Shown one piece after another: positions 53,327 through 63,252 of a stretch of DNA of 64,000 bases. How positions within the stretch are numbered: position 1 is the first letter of the stretch; every line of letters begins with the position of its first letter. Under the pieces are notes generated by a model. It worked only from the letters and a program-made list of their open reading frames with translations. It did no database searches and was not told the origin of the DNA. The stretch is from a virus. Lineage: Duplodnaviria > Caudoviricetes. Made by a program: the position numbers and the translations under genes. The stretch is taken from positions 15,126 to 79,125 of IMG/VR virus record IMGVR_UViG_3300009701_000005; one strand, written 5' to 3'.

Positions 53327-54979
53327 TCACATGTAATGACTTAAATCAAAACCTTTATTTTCGGAAGGTACATCATCCAGAGTAACGTATTCGTTTCTTA
53401 CAACTTGATAAGCAATGTCCCCGAATACTACAGAATGTAACCAATCGTCACAAAGATCTTCTTCTTTTCGGTATAATCTTTTACCACTTAAGGATTCTTC
53501 TTCATAAACGTTTAAAGCATCGTCCCAGAAATTCGACATCAATTCCCAAGATGGTGTTTCAAATTTAGTCATACCCATTTTAGCTTTAATAATAACCTTA
53601 TCCATAGACATAGTTCTATCAGCTGCAAAGAACAGGCCCTGCTTGTCCCACCGTAATTGGTTCTTGGCGGAAACGTAGTTTACCATAGCCACTTTGTCTT
53701 CACCGATATGTTGTTTGAAAAGCTGTCCTTGTAATACGCCTACACCTCGATCAGAGCCCAGCATTGAGCAATTATACTGATAGTATAGTTGTTCTACTCT
53801 TGCAACTTGTTGAAGTATATCAATACCTTGCATACGTTGACTATACAAAACATACATTTTACCATTATAATCGTAGCCCAATACTGTAGCAACAGTATAG
53901 CTATTTGTAGATCCGCTTACTGACCAATCGACTCCTAATACTGTCAAATTGATTTTACGAGGATCCCCAGAAGGGGGGAATTTATCATCAAATTGGGTAC
54001 GTAAAGGATTACAACACCTCATAGCTTCTTGCAAGTTAAAAATGCGTCCCCCAACTCCGCTAGGTACCCCAAAAACTTCGTTAGCAACTTTATTAATAGA
54101 GTATGAACCCGAGACGATTTTGTTAACTAATTCTTTCCATTTCTTAGGTCTATTTCTAGCAGGGAATATGAGTTGAGGTAAATGAAATCCTAAATGGTCC
54201 TTGTTTTGAGGCTTAGCAGCTAACCACTTGCCAGTGTGCATGTCTATGATAGTTCCGCAATACATACACCCAGGGCCTTCTGGGTTTACCGTGGACATTT
54301 TCATGCAGGAATCAAAATCTATAGGTATGTTATATTTCCCGCATCCCGTACATTTGGTTACCCATTCACACATACTACTACGTTTGAAAATAGTAGTAAG
54401 GGTATTATTTTCAGTTTTAGCGGTACCTGTATAACGTTTAAATGCGTAATCAGATGCCCCTAAGGTTTCATGTATAATAGGAATAGCTTCTAGAGACATG
54501 TCCTGAATTTCGTCATACATGTTAGAATCACTAGCAATACCGCGAATACGGTCGGCATCTTGTTCGGTTTGAGCGTACCCCAGTATGATTCTAGAGCCTG
54601 TGTTTAGAGTTTTTTCAAATACGTTTTTAAGAGAACCTGAGTCGGTAAAATGTCTTTTAACAATAGGGGATTCAAAAAACGCTTGTAAATACGCACTAGA
54701 AAACCGTGAAGTCTGTTGGGCTAAGGGGGAAATAAATAGGGAAGTGAAATGTCTCCGAAGAATACTGTTTGTTAAAATAATCGCACTTAAGCTTACCGAC
54801 TTACCAATTTGTCTACCTGCCATACAAGTAAGCTCTGGAGGAGCTACGTTATATATGGTCTCAAATGGTTTGTAGTCATTGAGATTTAAAGGTTTGCCTT
54901 TGAGTTCCAATATAGCCGTAGCTAATTGACTAGGTAATAATTTCCTAAGGCGATTCGTAGGATCTTCTTTTTTCTTCAT
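53327..54979 (-). CDS. terL: terminase large subunit
   Basis: Walker A AGRQIGKS, RIRG..D...YDEIQD, Zn-finger insert, nuclease LGVDW; start refined to MKKKEDP at 54979. Confidence 0.9.
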   Translation of the reverse strand: MKKKEDPTNRLRKLLPSQLATAILELKGKPLNLNDYKPFETIYNVAPPELTCMAGRQIGKSVSLSAIILTNSILRRHFTSLFISPLAQQTSRFSSAYLQAFFESPIVKRHFTDSGSLKNVFEKTLNTGSRIILGYAQTEQDADRIRGIASDSNMYDEIQDMSLEAIPIIHETLGASDYAFKRYTGTAKTENNTLTTIFKRSSMCEWVTKCTGCGKYNIPIDFDSCMKMSTVNPEGPGCMYCGTIIDMHTGKWLAAKPQNKDHLGFHLPQLIFPARNRPKKWKELVNKIVSGSYSINKVANEVFGVPSGVGGRIFNLQEAMRCCNPLRTQFDDKFPPSGDPRKINLTVLGVDWSVSGSTNSYTVATVLGYDYNGKMYVLYSQRMQGIDILQQVARVEQLYYQYNCSMLGSDRGVGVLQGQLFKQHIGEDKVAMVNYVSAKNQLRWDKQGLFFAADRTMSMDKVIIKAKMGMTKFETPSWELMSNFWDDALNVYEEESLSGKRLYRKEEDLCDDWLHSVVFGDIAYQVVRNEYVTLDDVPSENKGFDLSHYM

Positions 54980-55000
54980 TATAGTATTATAACACAATGG

Positions 55001-55151
55001 AAAATTCAATATTTTGCTATATCGTGGTATAAGCAAATTGTAAGGAAGATATATCTTCCATATCTTCAATTTTCATGTAGTTCCTCCTTGACAAAAATTC
55101 AATATTTTACAATTCTTTGGTATAAAGAACTTGTAAGGAGATAATATCTTC
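55001..55151 (+). repeat. tandem ~58-bp imperfect direct repeat (period 93) containing promoter motifs
   Basis: AAAATTCAATATTTT..TGGTATAA..TTGTAAGGA..ATATCTTC at 55001 and 55094. Confidence 0.8.
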
Positions 55152-55255
55152 TTTACCTCAGTTAAAGCCTAGAGATAATAGCCAATCTTTTAGCTTTGCT
55201 ACAAATTCGCGAAGTACAAAATACCATATTCCTTTATAAAGAAAGAAAATCTTAA

Positions 55256-55477
55256 ATGACTACAGCAACTGTTTTCCGCACCTACATCAACGTTTCTTCG
55301 ACTGACTCGGACTACCGCCTGCCTGGCGACGTTTCTCCAGAAGACTTTGTCTCTGGCTACGCCACTCAAATTCAAGGCTTGGGTAACATGCAAGCAGCAA
55401 GCACTTACGAAGATCGTCCTGGTGAAGGCCGCGTTCGTGTTCTGACGTTCACACCACGTCAAGGTACAAAGGGCTAA
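55256..55477 (+). CDS. ubiquitin-like protein (PRTRC protein C-like)
   Basis: 73 aa ending LTFTPRQGTKG; upstream of E2, JAB and E1 genes. Confidence 0.75.
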   Translation: MTTATVFRTYINVSSTDSDYRLPGDVSPEDFVSGYATQIQGLGNMQAASTYEDRPGEGRVRVLTFTPRQGTKG

Positions 55478-55520
55478 TTTAATTTAGCTAAGTAGTAGCC
55501 ACAACTTCTCCAGGGATCAA

Positions 55521-56498
55521 TTGGAGAGGTTGTTTTTTTTAGTTTTTTGGAGAATGATAACTATGTCTAGCAACGCTTCTATGACTAAACATGTGTCAAT
55601 ATTAGATGCAGTGTCTTTAGTAACCGAATGGCTAAATAGAGCTATTACGGCGAAGCTAATAGCATTTTGTACAAACGCAATTCTGAGCAGCGGATTAACT
55701 ACTAAGTCTGACCCTTTTGATTACACAGTAATTGTAGGCACTCACTCGGTGAACGGTAATGTACGGCGCAAAGCTTATGGAAAGCTAGTGGCTATATTGA
55801 AGAAATTTCTACTAAAAAGTATGCCTTATCTTACATACTTAGAAGGGGATTTTTTACAAGTAGAAGATTATACTAGTATTAAATTGAGTTTCACTTCCCC
55901 TAAGCAAGTAAGAGATTTCGAGAATGGGAATATTTCGGATATAGAAGCGGTTTACAGAGATGCTTCAGACTTAGCTAGAAGTATAAAGGAAGTAAAAGTC
56001 TGGACGCGTTACGTTAAGTATTTAAATTTCCAATTCAGGTATAATTTAATCCCTTTCAAGGCAACTCTTAGCCATAGGTTGGATTTTGATCCGTTAGAGG
56101 TGATGAATGCCCAAGCTATTCTTGATCCTGAAGAAAGGAAGAAATTCAGGATTCGTAATTCTATAAAGTATAACATCCTAATCAGTCCTTCAATCTGGTA
56201 TCTTAGGGCGACTAGTTCTGCCATAGAACTAATCTCTATTGATGAAATACTAAAAAATGAATCCGGTAATTTCACAGAAAATCAGATTAAAGATGCAAAA
56301 GCAAGGTTTGCTACTCTGTGTGCAAAACCCGAAGAATGGCTATCCACCAATTATTATGGATCATCCAGAACTACAGAATATAAAATGGAAAGAATATTCT
56401 TGCATCTCAAGGATTGCATAAAAATATTTAGAACATTAACAAGAAAGTTTAACTATGGATATCAACCATACGTGTTCCGAGCTGTCGAAAGCACCTGA
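55521..56498 (+). CDS. hypothetical protein in the Ubl cassette
   Basis: long ORF; the true start is probably the ATG at 55555 or 55564. Confidence 0.65.
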   Translation: MERLFFLVFWRMITMSSNASMTKHVSILDAVSLVTEWLNRAITAKLIAFCTNAILSSGLTTKSDPFDYTVIVGTHSVNGNVRRKAYGKLVAILKKFLLKSMPYLTYLEGDFLQVEDYTSIKLSFTSPKQVRDFENGNISDIEAVYRDASDLARSIKEVKVWTRYVKYLNFQFRYNLIPFKATLSHRLDFDPLEVMNAQAILDPEERKKFRIRNSIKYNILISPSIWYLRATSSAIELISIDEILKNESGNFTENQIKDAKARFATLCAKPEEWLSTNYYGSSRTTEYKMERIFLHLKDCIKIFRTLTRKFNYGYQPYVFRAVEST

Positions 56499-56721
56499 AG
56501 TCATTGATAACTCTAAGCAGATATATAAGTACGTACATGAGGCGTTAAAGGAGGATCTAGTTACGGCGGAATCCCTTACGAAATTGCTAAATGCAAAAAC
56601 TCGTGTGAATTCCATGATGGATGGCAGACATAGTCGCCCTTCAATTTACGTTCCATTTATTAGAAACGTATTAAGATTAACCCCTCAAATTACTAATAAC
56701 GAAGAGGATTTTTACATATGA
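56455..56721 (+). CDS. hypothetical protein in the Ubl cassette
   Basis: coupled ORF. Confidence 0.6.
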   Translation: MDINHTCSELSKAPEVIDNSKQIYKYVHEALKEDLVTAESLTKLLNAKTRVNSMMDGRHSRPSIYVPFIRNVLRLTPQITNNEEDFYI

Positions 56722-57674
56722 TAGAACACTATGTGGGGACAATGGTAGAAGTTGAAACTACTTCAACAGAAAGTTCTAGACTTCTTGGGAACTTAAAAGA
56801 ATCTTTCGAGGAAACTTTGAGTATAGCTATTGAAAACTTACGGCCTACCGCCGATGATACGATTGCAATTCCTGCTGTCATTTTCCCAGATCATGTAGAG
56901 TTGGAAGTTGATAACGGTTTTAAGAAACGTATCTCTTTTGAAGATTTCAAAAAGATAGTTTTAGAGGCTATGGGGAATAATGAAGAGGAAGAGGAAGAAG
57001 ATCTAATTGGGGTCGTACCTCCGGCTAACACAGTATTCTTTGCCAAATCTAAACTTTCTGTTAAGATTATGTGCTATTACCCAGGAGGTATTAGAATTCT
57101 AAAATACGCTCCTGAAAATAGAGAAGTTCAAGAATTCCCCATCGTTGTTCCTAATATTCTCATCAGTCATACTTTAAACAAGGATAACTCTTCTGAGGAC
57201 TATATTGTAAACGGGTATTCAAAGTATTTCTGTACTCCGTTATCAGCTTCCCAACTGCCAACAAGGTTTATCGAAAATCGTGATTTAGATGCCCGTATTT
57301 ACATGTTGCCCATGACTAATATCTATGAGGGCTCAAACATGTGCTTTGGTAACAACGTAATGCCGGTGAGATTTAAAAATCATAACTACCGAGGATTGGA
57401 TTATTACCACAAATTTATGTGGGAAACTCCATTCAACCAGGATTTAGGTGTTAAGGCTCTTGATAGGTATTGTGCATTCAACCACCCTACTACCTGGTAC
57501 AAGTATCTGAGTTATATTGCCAAGCGCCCTAATCCCGAGTTTCCATATTTTGAATTATCAGGGTATAGGGATGAAGCAGGCAAAACAGTTGGCCCTAACA
57601 GAAGTGAGCTTTCGGAGCAGCAAATTCTTGAAGGGTTGCATATTCGTACCAGTAATACTGCTGGGATTAATTAA
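56718..57674 (+). CDS. prokaryotic E2-like protein (PRTRC protein B-like)
   Basis: IVVPNILI...YMLPMTNIYEGSNMCFG...FMWETPFNQDL with a candidate catalytic Cys. Confidence 0.65.
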   Translation: MIEHYVGTMVEVETTSTESSRLLGNLKESFEETLSIAIENLRPTADDTIAIPAVIFPDHVELEVDNGFKKRISFEDFKKIVLEAMGNNEEEEEEDLIGVVPPANTVFFAKSKLSVKIMCYYPGGIRILKYAPENREVQEFPIVVPNILISHTLNKDNSSEDYIVNGYSKYFCTPLSASQLPTRFIENRDLDARIYMLPMTNIYEGSNMCFGNNVMPVRFKNHNYRGLDYYHKFMWETPFNQDLGVKALDRYCAFNHPTTWYKYLSYIAKRPNPEFPYFELSGYRDEAGKTVGPNRSELSEQQILEGLHIRTSNTAGIN

Positions 57675-57694
57675 CTTTTAACGTAAGAAATCAA

Positions 57695-59071
57695 ATGACA
57701 ATTAAGGCAATAGCCCCCCATATTAGCTGCGTTTGTGATGCTGATGAAATTGAACAGGCAAAGAACGATGGCTATCGTGAAATCTATACGATTACCACTA
57801 AAGGTATTTTCAAAACCCATATTTTACGTGGAGAAAACCGTTGGATCTGTGCAAAAGTTACTGAGATTAAGGGTTACGTTGAGCCCCTGTTCAAAGAAGA
57901 TCATTCCACATTCCTACCTGCCGGTAAAATCCCTTTCGTTTTGTTTCAACAAGTAGAGGCGTTTTTCCGTGCGGTTATTGCAACTAAGGGTGCGGCCCTG
58001 GAAGCAATGATTTTCATCATGTGGAATAAAGACCGCGGATACTATTTGCACGTTCCAAAGCAAACGGTTAGTGGCGCAAGTGTTACTTACGATTACGAGA
58101 ACTTTCCTTCTCAAGATACAACAGTCGTAAATATTCATAGCCATGGGCATATGAATGCATTCTTTAGCGGAGTTGATGATAACAATGACTCCACTAAAGT
58201 TCAGTACTCTGGTGTGTTCGGTAAGTTCCAGGATCCTCAATGCGTAACAGTATGGCGTTTCAATTACTATACTACTAAGTACGCTGCAACTGCTATGGAT
58301 ATCTTTGAAGCTCCAACATCGGCAGAAATCCCAAACGAATGGGTAGACATGGTTGAAGAACGCCAGACTGTAATTCCTAAAGTGTATTCGTATCAGGGCA
58401 ATAATAGCAAGGCGAAAGATAATGGGAAGAATGACAAGGGCGGTAAGCGTCGCCAACAACACTTGACTTTCCAGGGAGAAGAGGATGGCGAGTTTGAAAA
58501 TTTCAATGAGTTCATGGATCGTTATAACGGTTACGAGGGTGCGAGTGTCAGTAGTCCTGCCATAACCCCTTCTCAATCCAAAGCATTGATCACTATTAAT
58601 GGGGAGCCTAATGCCTCAAAAAAAGCTCTGTCCCCTTCTGAAAAGTTCGTTTACGTTGACGGTAGATACCAACTCCGGGAGGGGATTGAAGAAGTAAATG
58701 CGTCAGATGTTGCATCTCTTTCAAAACCACGTGTCGAAGATGAAGTAGATACTGATAGTCAGGATTTTTGGGCTAATCAAAGGAAAGGTTTTGCGTTCTT
58801 AGGGGAAGATATTCCTGGATTGGATGATGGAATTGAAAGTGATGGCCTATATGAAGCTTTAGCTATAAATCATGGTAGGGACGTTGCAGATGCTTGGTTT
58901 GCCATTAATGAAGATATGGTAGTTCTTAATGGTAAAGATGACATTGTAGAAAACCTAGCCCTCGACCTAGTTCAAATGGCTTCAGAAGAAGGTCAGGCTC
59001 GTATTTTCAAGCAAATGTTTGATAATCTGAGTCCTCGTGAAAAAGAGAAAATTCAAACTCTCGGCCTTTAA
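57695..59071 (+). CDS. JAB/MPN deubiquitinase-like peptidase (PRTRC protein A-like)
   Basis: LEAM...PKQTVSGASV...NIHSHGHMNAFFSGVDD (E...HxH..S..D). Confidence 0.9.
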   Translation: MTIKAIAPHISCVCDADEIEQAKNDGYREIYTITTKGIFKTHILRGENRWICAKVTEIKGYVEPLFKEDHSTFLPAGKIPFVLFQQVEAFFRAVIATKGAALEAMIFIMWNKDRGYYLHVPKQTVSGASVTYDYENFPSQDTTVVNIHSHGHMNAFFSGVDDNNDSTKVQYSGVFGKFQDPQCVTVWRFNYYTTKYAATAMDIFEAPTSAEIPNEWVDMVEERQTVIPKVYSYQGNNSKAKDNGKNDKGGKRRQQHLTFQGEEDGEFENFNEFMDRYNGYEGASVSSPAITPSQSKALITINGEPNASKKALSPSEKFVYVDGRYQLREGIEEVNASDVASLSKPRVEDEVDTDSQDFWANQRKGFAFLGEDIPGLDDGIESDGLYEALAINHGRDVADAWFAINEDMVVLNGKDDIVENLALDLVQMASEEGQARIFKQMFDNLSPREKEKIQTLGL

Positions 59072-59142
59072 GACTTTAAAGAACTAGAGTTTTCTTGGTA
59101 TAAGAAGGGTGCTAATACCACCCTTTTTTATGGAGTTAATTT

Positions 59143-60609
59143 ATGTTTAAATATACGCCCGTTTTTGTTCCCTGTAATGTTTTCGTTATCGGGGCAGGTG
59201 GCACTGGTTCAAGATTGATCCCGTTGTTAGCTCAGTTTCTCAGAACAATCACCCGGGGTAAAGGTGAGAATGGTTGGGTTGAAAATCCTACTATTTGGCT
59301 TGTAGATGATGATACGGTTGAAGAAAAGAATTTGAAACGTCAAAACTTCATCCGCAGTGATGTTAACAAGCCTAAAGCCGTAGTGTTGGCAGAGCGCTAC
59401 CAACGTGCGTTTGAAACTCGTATCATCCCTATTACTTGCAAGGTAGATACTGGGGGCGATAACCAGTTCACTAATGTAGTATCTGAAACATTATCTGCTA
59501 TGAACCGAGGTGGGGGAGAAGTGGGTGTTAATGAACTCTTTGCTTCGTCGATGGTTATTATGTGCGTTGATTCAGTAAAAGCCCGTCGTCACATATTGAA
59601 CACGTTCTGTGTCAATTCAGCATATCGCAGCAATACCTTCTTTATCGATGCAGGTAATGAAGACGATTTTGGTCAAGTAAATTTCTTCTCTAACCATATA
59701 ATCGTAGATAACGGTCAGTATGCTGCTTTACCTGAGAAAGATAAGCTTCCAAAAAATATCATGCACAGTCATGATGTTCGTTACATCCCTATGGATTACG
59801 ATTACTATCGAAATCTTAAGGATACTAAATCTACTGCAAGTTGTGCTGATTTGAATCAGACGTTGGCTATCAATAATGTAATGGCTGCTAACATTATGAT
59901 GATAGTTCAAAATTACTATTACCGTAATACGATGACTTACAATTGTGTGAGAATCGATATGAAAGGTGGTAATATGACCGAGTTCAACGACTTTCAAAAT
60001 TTCAAGAACAAGGCAATTGACATTAATCTATTCAGAACTTTACAACGTTATGGGGAACAGGTTGAAGAGGCAGATGGAACTAGCACACACATGAGTTTCC
60101 TCAATTCTACTACGGAAGTGGATTTGACAACTAACGTATATGGACCCTTGAGGAAAAAGGTCAGGGAAGCTGAGATTGCAGAAAAGCAACTTGAAGTAAA
60201 GATGAAGTTGGCTCAAGAAGCTGCTGCTAAGGCCAAGGAAGTTGAGACAGTAAGGGGGGATGAAGAGGATAAACCTTCCGTTACCTTAGGAGAACTACCA
60301 GGACTGCCAACTACTGCTAGGACAGAGGGATCTGTGCCGGATAATGGCAGATTGTATTTCAACGGCATACGCCCCAACCCTGAGACACCTGAAACTATTA
60401 TGCGGCAAGAAATATTGGATCAGCTTTTGGTTTTAAATAGACCTCTCAATCATGTTAATTTTGAGGTATCCGTAGTTCCAGCAGTTGCAAATCTGGGAAT
60501 ACCTCCCGCGCCACCTACCCCTGGGGTTGCAACACTACCGCCTTTGGAGATTATTCCACGGGTTCGTAATGTAGTAGATCTAGCCCCTATTTCAGAACGA
60601 GCAATTTAG
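59143..60609 (+). CDS. E1/ThiF-family adenylating enzyme
   Basis: VIGAGGTGS, DDDTVEEKNLKRQNF, CVDS, IDAGN, SCA. Confidence 0.9.
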   Translation: MFKYTPVFVPCNVFVIGAGGTGSRLIPLLAQFLRTITRGKGENGWVENPTIWLVDDDTVEEKNLKRQNFIRSDVNKPKAVVLAERYQRAFETRIIPITCKVDTGGDNQFTNVVSETLSAMNRGGGEVGVNELFASSMVIMCVDSVKARRHILNTFCVNSAYRSNTFFIDAGNEDDFGQVNFFSNHIIVDNGQYAALPEKDKLPKNIMHSHDVRYIPMDYDYYRNLKDTKSTASCADLNQTLAINNVMAANIMMIVQNYYYRNTMTYNCVRIDMKGGNMTEFNDFQNFKNKAIDINLFRTLQRYGEQVEEADGTSTHMSFLNSTTEVDLTTNVYGPLRKKVREAEIAEKQLEVKMKLAQEAAAKAKEVETVRGDEEDKPSVTLGELPGLPTTARTEGSVPDNGRLYFNGIRPNPETPETIMRQEILDQLLVLNRPLNHVNFEVSVVPAVANLGIPPAPPTPGVATLPPLEIIPRVRNVVDLAPISERAI

Positions 60610-60613
60610 TAGG

Positions 60614-60645
60614 AAAAGAAAACCGGGCCTAAACCTGGTTTTTTT
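60614..60645. terminator. bidirectional terminator
   Basis: AAAACCGGG..CCTGGTTTT with flanking A- and T-runs between convergent genes. Confidence 0.75.
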
Positions 60646-60647
60646 AG

Positions 60648-61055
60648 CTAAGTTAGCTCTCGACTAGCCTCGGTCAAAGTTTCAACCACAGTGTAGTTTG
60701 TTAGAGGAGTACCATCTTGACGTAAAAGGTTAAGTACTCCAGACTGCTTATTCCAAGTCCAGCTACCCAGGGCCTCATCCTCGATATTTTGCAGGTATGA
60801 AATATCTGTACGGGTAAGAACTTGTACTGAAGCAAATATGGAAGCATTTACATGGAAGTAATAACTACCTGTAGCCAATGGGGTATAACTTACAACATAT
60901 ATACCTGTTGAAGGGATTTCCACAATGGTGTAAGTAGGGGACTGCACTAAAGACCCATTGAGTACTACGGAGAAGTCGCTGAAGGAAGTCGCTCCAGTAG
61001 TATACGTAAAAACTAAAGAAAGAGGAGTGTTAATTGCAACTGTTTGATTTATCAT
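60648..61055 (-). CDS. virion-associated hypothetical protein
   Basis: Thr/Val/Tyr-rich beta protein. Confidence 0.6.
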   Translation of the reverse strand: MINQTVAINTPLSLVFTYTTGATSFSDFSVVLNGSLVQSPTYTIVEIPSTGIYVVSYTPLATGSYYFHVNASIFASVQVLTRTDISYLQNIEDEALGSWTWNKQSGVLNLLRQDGTPLTNYTVVETLTEASRELT

Positions 61056-61597
61056 AATTCTTCCATGTGCTTAATGTAGGAACGTATAGCTACTTCTTTA
61101 GCCTTGGTATCTTCGGCTGTTTGACCCTCCGAAAAAACTTCCTTAGGTAAAAAATCAAACGGAGGTAAAGGAACTGAAAACCCATCTTCAATTAGAAGGT
61201 ACTTTATAGCCTCTCCAAGCTCAGTTCCTAAAGAGGGGGCTACGTAGGTATCCCCTAGCAATGCTCGTGCCTCTACGAGCCCGTATGCAAGTTCTAGACT
61301 TGTTGGCATAGGTAAAAAATCCATGTCTGCAACTTTGTTGTTCATAACACCTACAGCATGTAAAAAGAACAATACATTACCTAATAGTAGGGTAGGGTCT
61401 ATAGACAGGGCTTGCAAAATTGCTATCTTATCCCTTAGTAACTCATTTAAAGGTATCCCTAACGTTTCCGTTATAGTTTCTAATTCCCATTGAGTCCAGG
61501 TGTTCTTGCCGTAAATACGATCTAAATTTTCACGGATAACATGTAAAGGGGCTAGACTAAGTTTTTCGGTATTGGTATCAGTATCAGACATTGGCAA
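61052..61597 (-). CDS. hypothetical protein
   Basis: coupled ORF. Confidence 0.7.
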   Translation of the reverse strand: MPMSDTDTNTEKLSLAPLHVIRENLDRIYGKNTWTQWELETITETLGIPLNELLRDKIAILQALSIDPTLLLGNVLFFLHAVGVMNNKVADMDFLPMPTSLELAYGLVEARALLGDTYVAPSLGTELGEAIKYLLIEDGFSVPLPPFDFLPKEVFSEGQTAEDTKAKEVAIRSYIKHMEEL

Positions 61598-62339
61598 TTA
61601 GATTTGAAGCAACAAATTGTAAATCTAGAGGTAAAGCTTCGATAGCTGCTTTGAAAGTCTCGGGACTGCCTTCAAGTTCATCGGCTATGTCTTTACCTAG
61701 ATACTGAGCTAAGCGGTCCTTGCCTAATCGTGCAAATTTCTCATAAGGTACTTGTTTACCTTTAACGCAAATAGTAACGGCGGATTCCTTCTCAAAAGCT
61801 TCCTTTTTAAAATTAAAACCTTTGAATTGTAACCCGTGCTTTTGATCTAGCGCATCAATAGCAGAGGCGATTTTCAACAAGGATTCAGGATCTTTTAGCC
61901 GGGGGTCTTCACGACCTTTGTAAATAGCTTCAGCTACTTTAACAAAACTAGTATCTTTTGTTTCATTATATCGCACCGTCAAGGATTTCAAAGCGGCTTC
62001 TTTGTTAAGCACCCCTTCAAACTTTGTTTCAGGAGCAGTCTTAATATCATGTTCTCTTACAAATTTTTCTTGTGCTGCTTTAATCATTCTCGTAGAGAGA
62101 TCTTTAACCTCTTCACTTACTCCGTATAGATGAACGGCCTTGCCAATCTTCTCTATATCTGTAAAATCAACTGGATGATACGCAACTTTTTCAAAATACT
62201 TCAATTGCAAAGCCGTGGCTATGCAAGAATCTTTGCTATCCAAGGGAAACTCTTTATCTACGCTAGCCTGTTTAACCAGCGGAAGAGCTTCGGGTACAAG
62301 TTCAAGAATACTCTTTAGAGTATGTGCAAGCATTGTCAT
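61584..62339 (-). CDS. hypothetical protein with many K-x-A motifs (possible head internal or scaffold protein)
   Basis: ten KxA tripeptides in 251 aa. Confidence 0.6.
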   Translation of the reverse strand: MTMLAHTLKSILELVPEALPLVKQASVDKEFPLDSKDSCIATALQLKYFEKVAYHPVDFTDIEKIGKAVHLYGVSEEVKDLSTRMIKAAQEKFVREHDIKTAPETKFEGVLNKEAALKSLTVRYNETKDTSFVKVAEAIYKGREDPRLKDPESLLKIASAIDALDQKHGLQFKGFNFKKEAFEKESAVTICVKGKQVPYEKFARLGKDRLAQYLGKDIADELEGSPETFKAAIEALPLDLQFVASNLIANV

Positions 62340-62346
62340 TTTAATA

Positions 62347-63225
62347 TTAACCTTTTTCTTTTAGTTCGTGTAGGGTATTTGCAATCCAATTAGCTTTACT
62401 ATCAAGACCGTGGGTCATTTGTAAATTTGCCATAAATTTAGCCTGCAGGTCTTCCACCTTATCCAATATGTTTCGAGAAGTGACCGGTATTACCCTATCA
62501 ACAATGGAAGTTTTATGTGCCGCAAAATCTTGCATAACCTTAGCTCTAAGTAATTGAGCCTCTTCACTGTTTTGATCAACTATGGCATTAAGTTCTGCAG
62601 AGCCTTTAGGGTGATTCTCTTCATGGCGATCAAAGGTTTTCGCCAAGGTAGCAACAGCGGTTCTATTTTTAGCCCTATTCCATATTTGATCTTTATAATT
62701 TCTATTTAAGAGTTCAAGGGGTTCTTGCATGGCATATCCAGGTTGTAGCTTAGGTAGGGAGCCATTGTGAATAAGCAATTTAATAATATTCTCGTCGGAA
62801 CCGTCTGCTTGAACTTGATCCAACATATCTAAACGAGTACGCTTATTAGAGTTATTAACAAAAGCCCTGAGTGCTGCTCCTGCTGCGCCTAATCCAGCTG
62901 CGGTCAATGCTGCCGTTGCAATAGGTTTAGCGGCTGCTCCAGGGGTATATTTTTCAAAACCTTTGAATGCTTGGTATGCGCCCCAAGCGCCCATACCTCC
63001 CCCCCAGGCTGCACCTTTGCCTGCCGCAAATAGCAGGCTTTTTATATCATTCTTGCTTAAGCCACGTGAGCTGTTAGAAGTTATAATAGACGCATATTTA
63101 CGAATTACACTAACCTTTTTCTCCAACGGTAGTTGCGCAAATAAAGGTTCATTAATCAAAGAGGTTAGATCTAAGCCGTTCTTTGTATAAACGTCTATTA
63201 AGCTTTTAACAAGTTTATCTTCCAC
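62347..63225 (-). CDS. hypothetical protein with a glycine-zipper segment
   Basis: GKGAAWGGGMGAWG..AAGLGAAGA. Confidence 0.65.
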   Translation of the reverse strand: MEDKLVKSLIDVYTKNGLDLTSLINEPLFAQLPLEKKVSVIRKYASIITSNSSRGLSKNDIKSLLFAAGKGAAWGGGMGAWGAYQAFKGFEKYTPGAAAKPIATAALTAAGLGAAGAALRAFVNNSNKRTRLDMLDQVQADGSDENIIKLLIHNGSLPKLQPGYAMQEPLELLNRNYKDQIWNRAKNRTAVATLAKTFDRHEENHPKGSAELNAIVDQNSEEAQLLRAKVMQDFAAHKTSIVDRVIPVTSRNILDKVEDLQAKFMANLQMTHGLDSKANWIANTLHELKEKG

Positions 63226-63252
63226 AAATGTAATCCTTAATCATACTCTATT

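Noticed and set aside
54980-55069. Extended N-terminus of the terminase (track start 55069)
   Set aside because: The extension runs through the promoter repeat. The ATG at 54979 follows a late-type motif at the same 5-nt spacing seen for other late genes.
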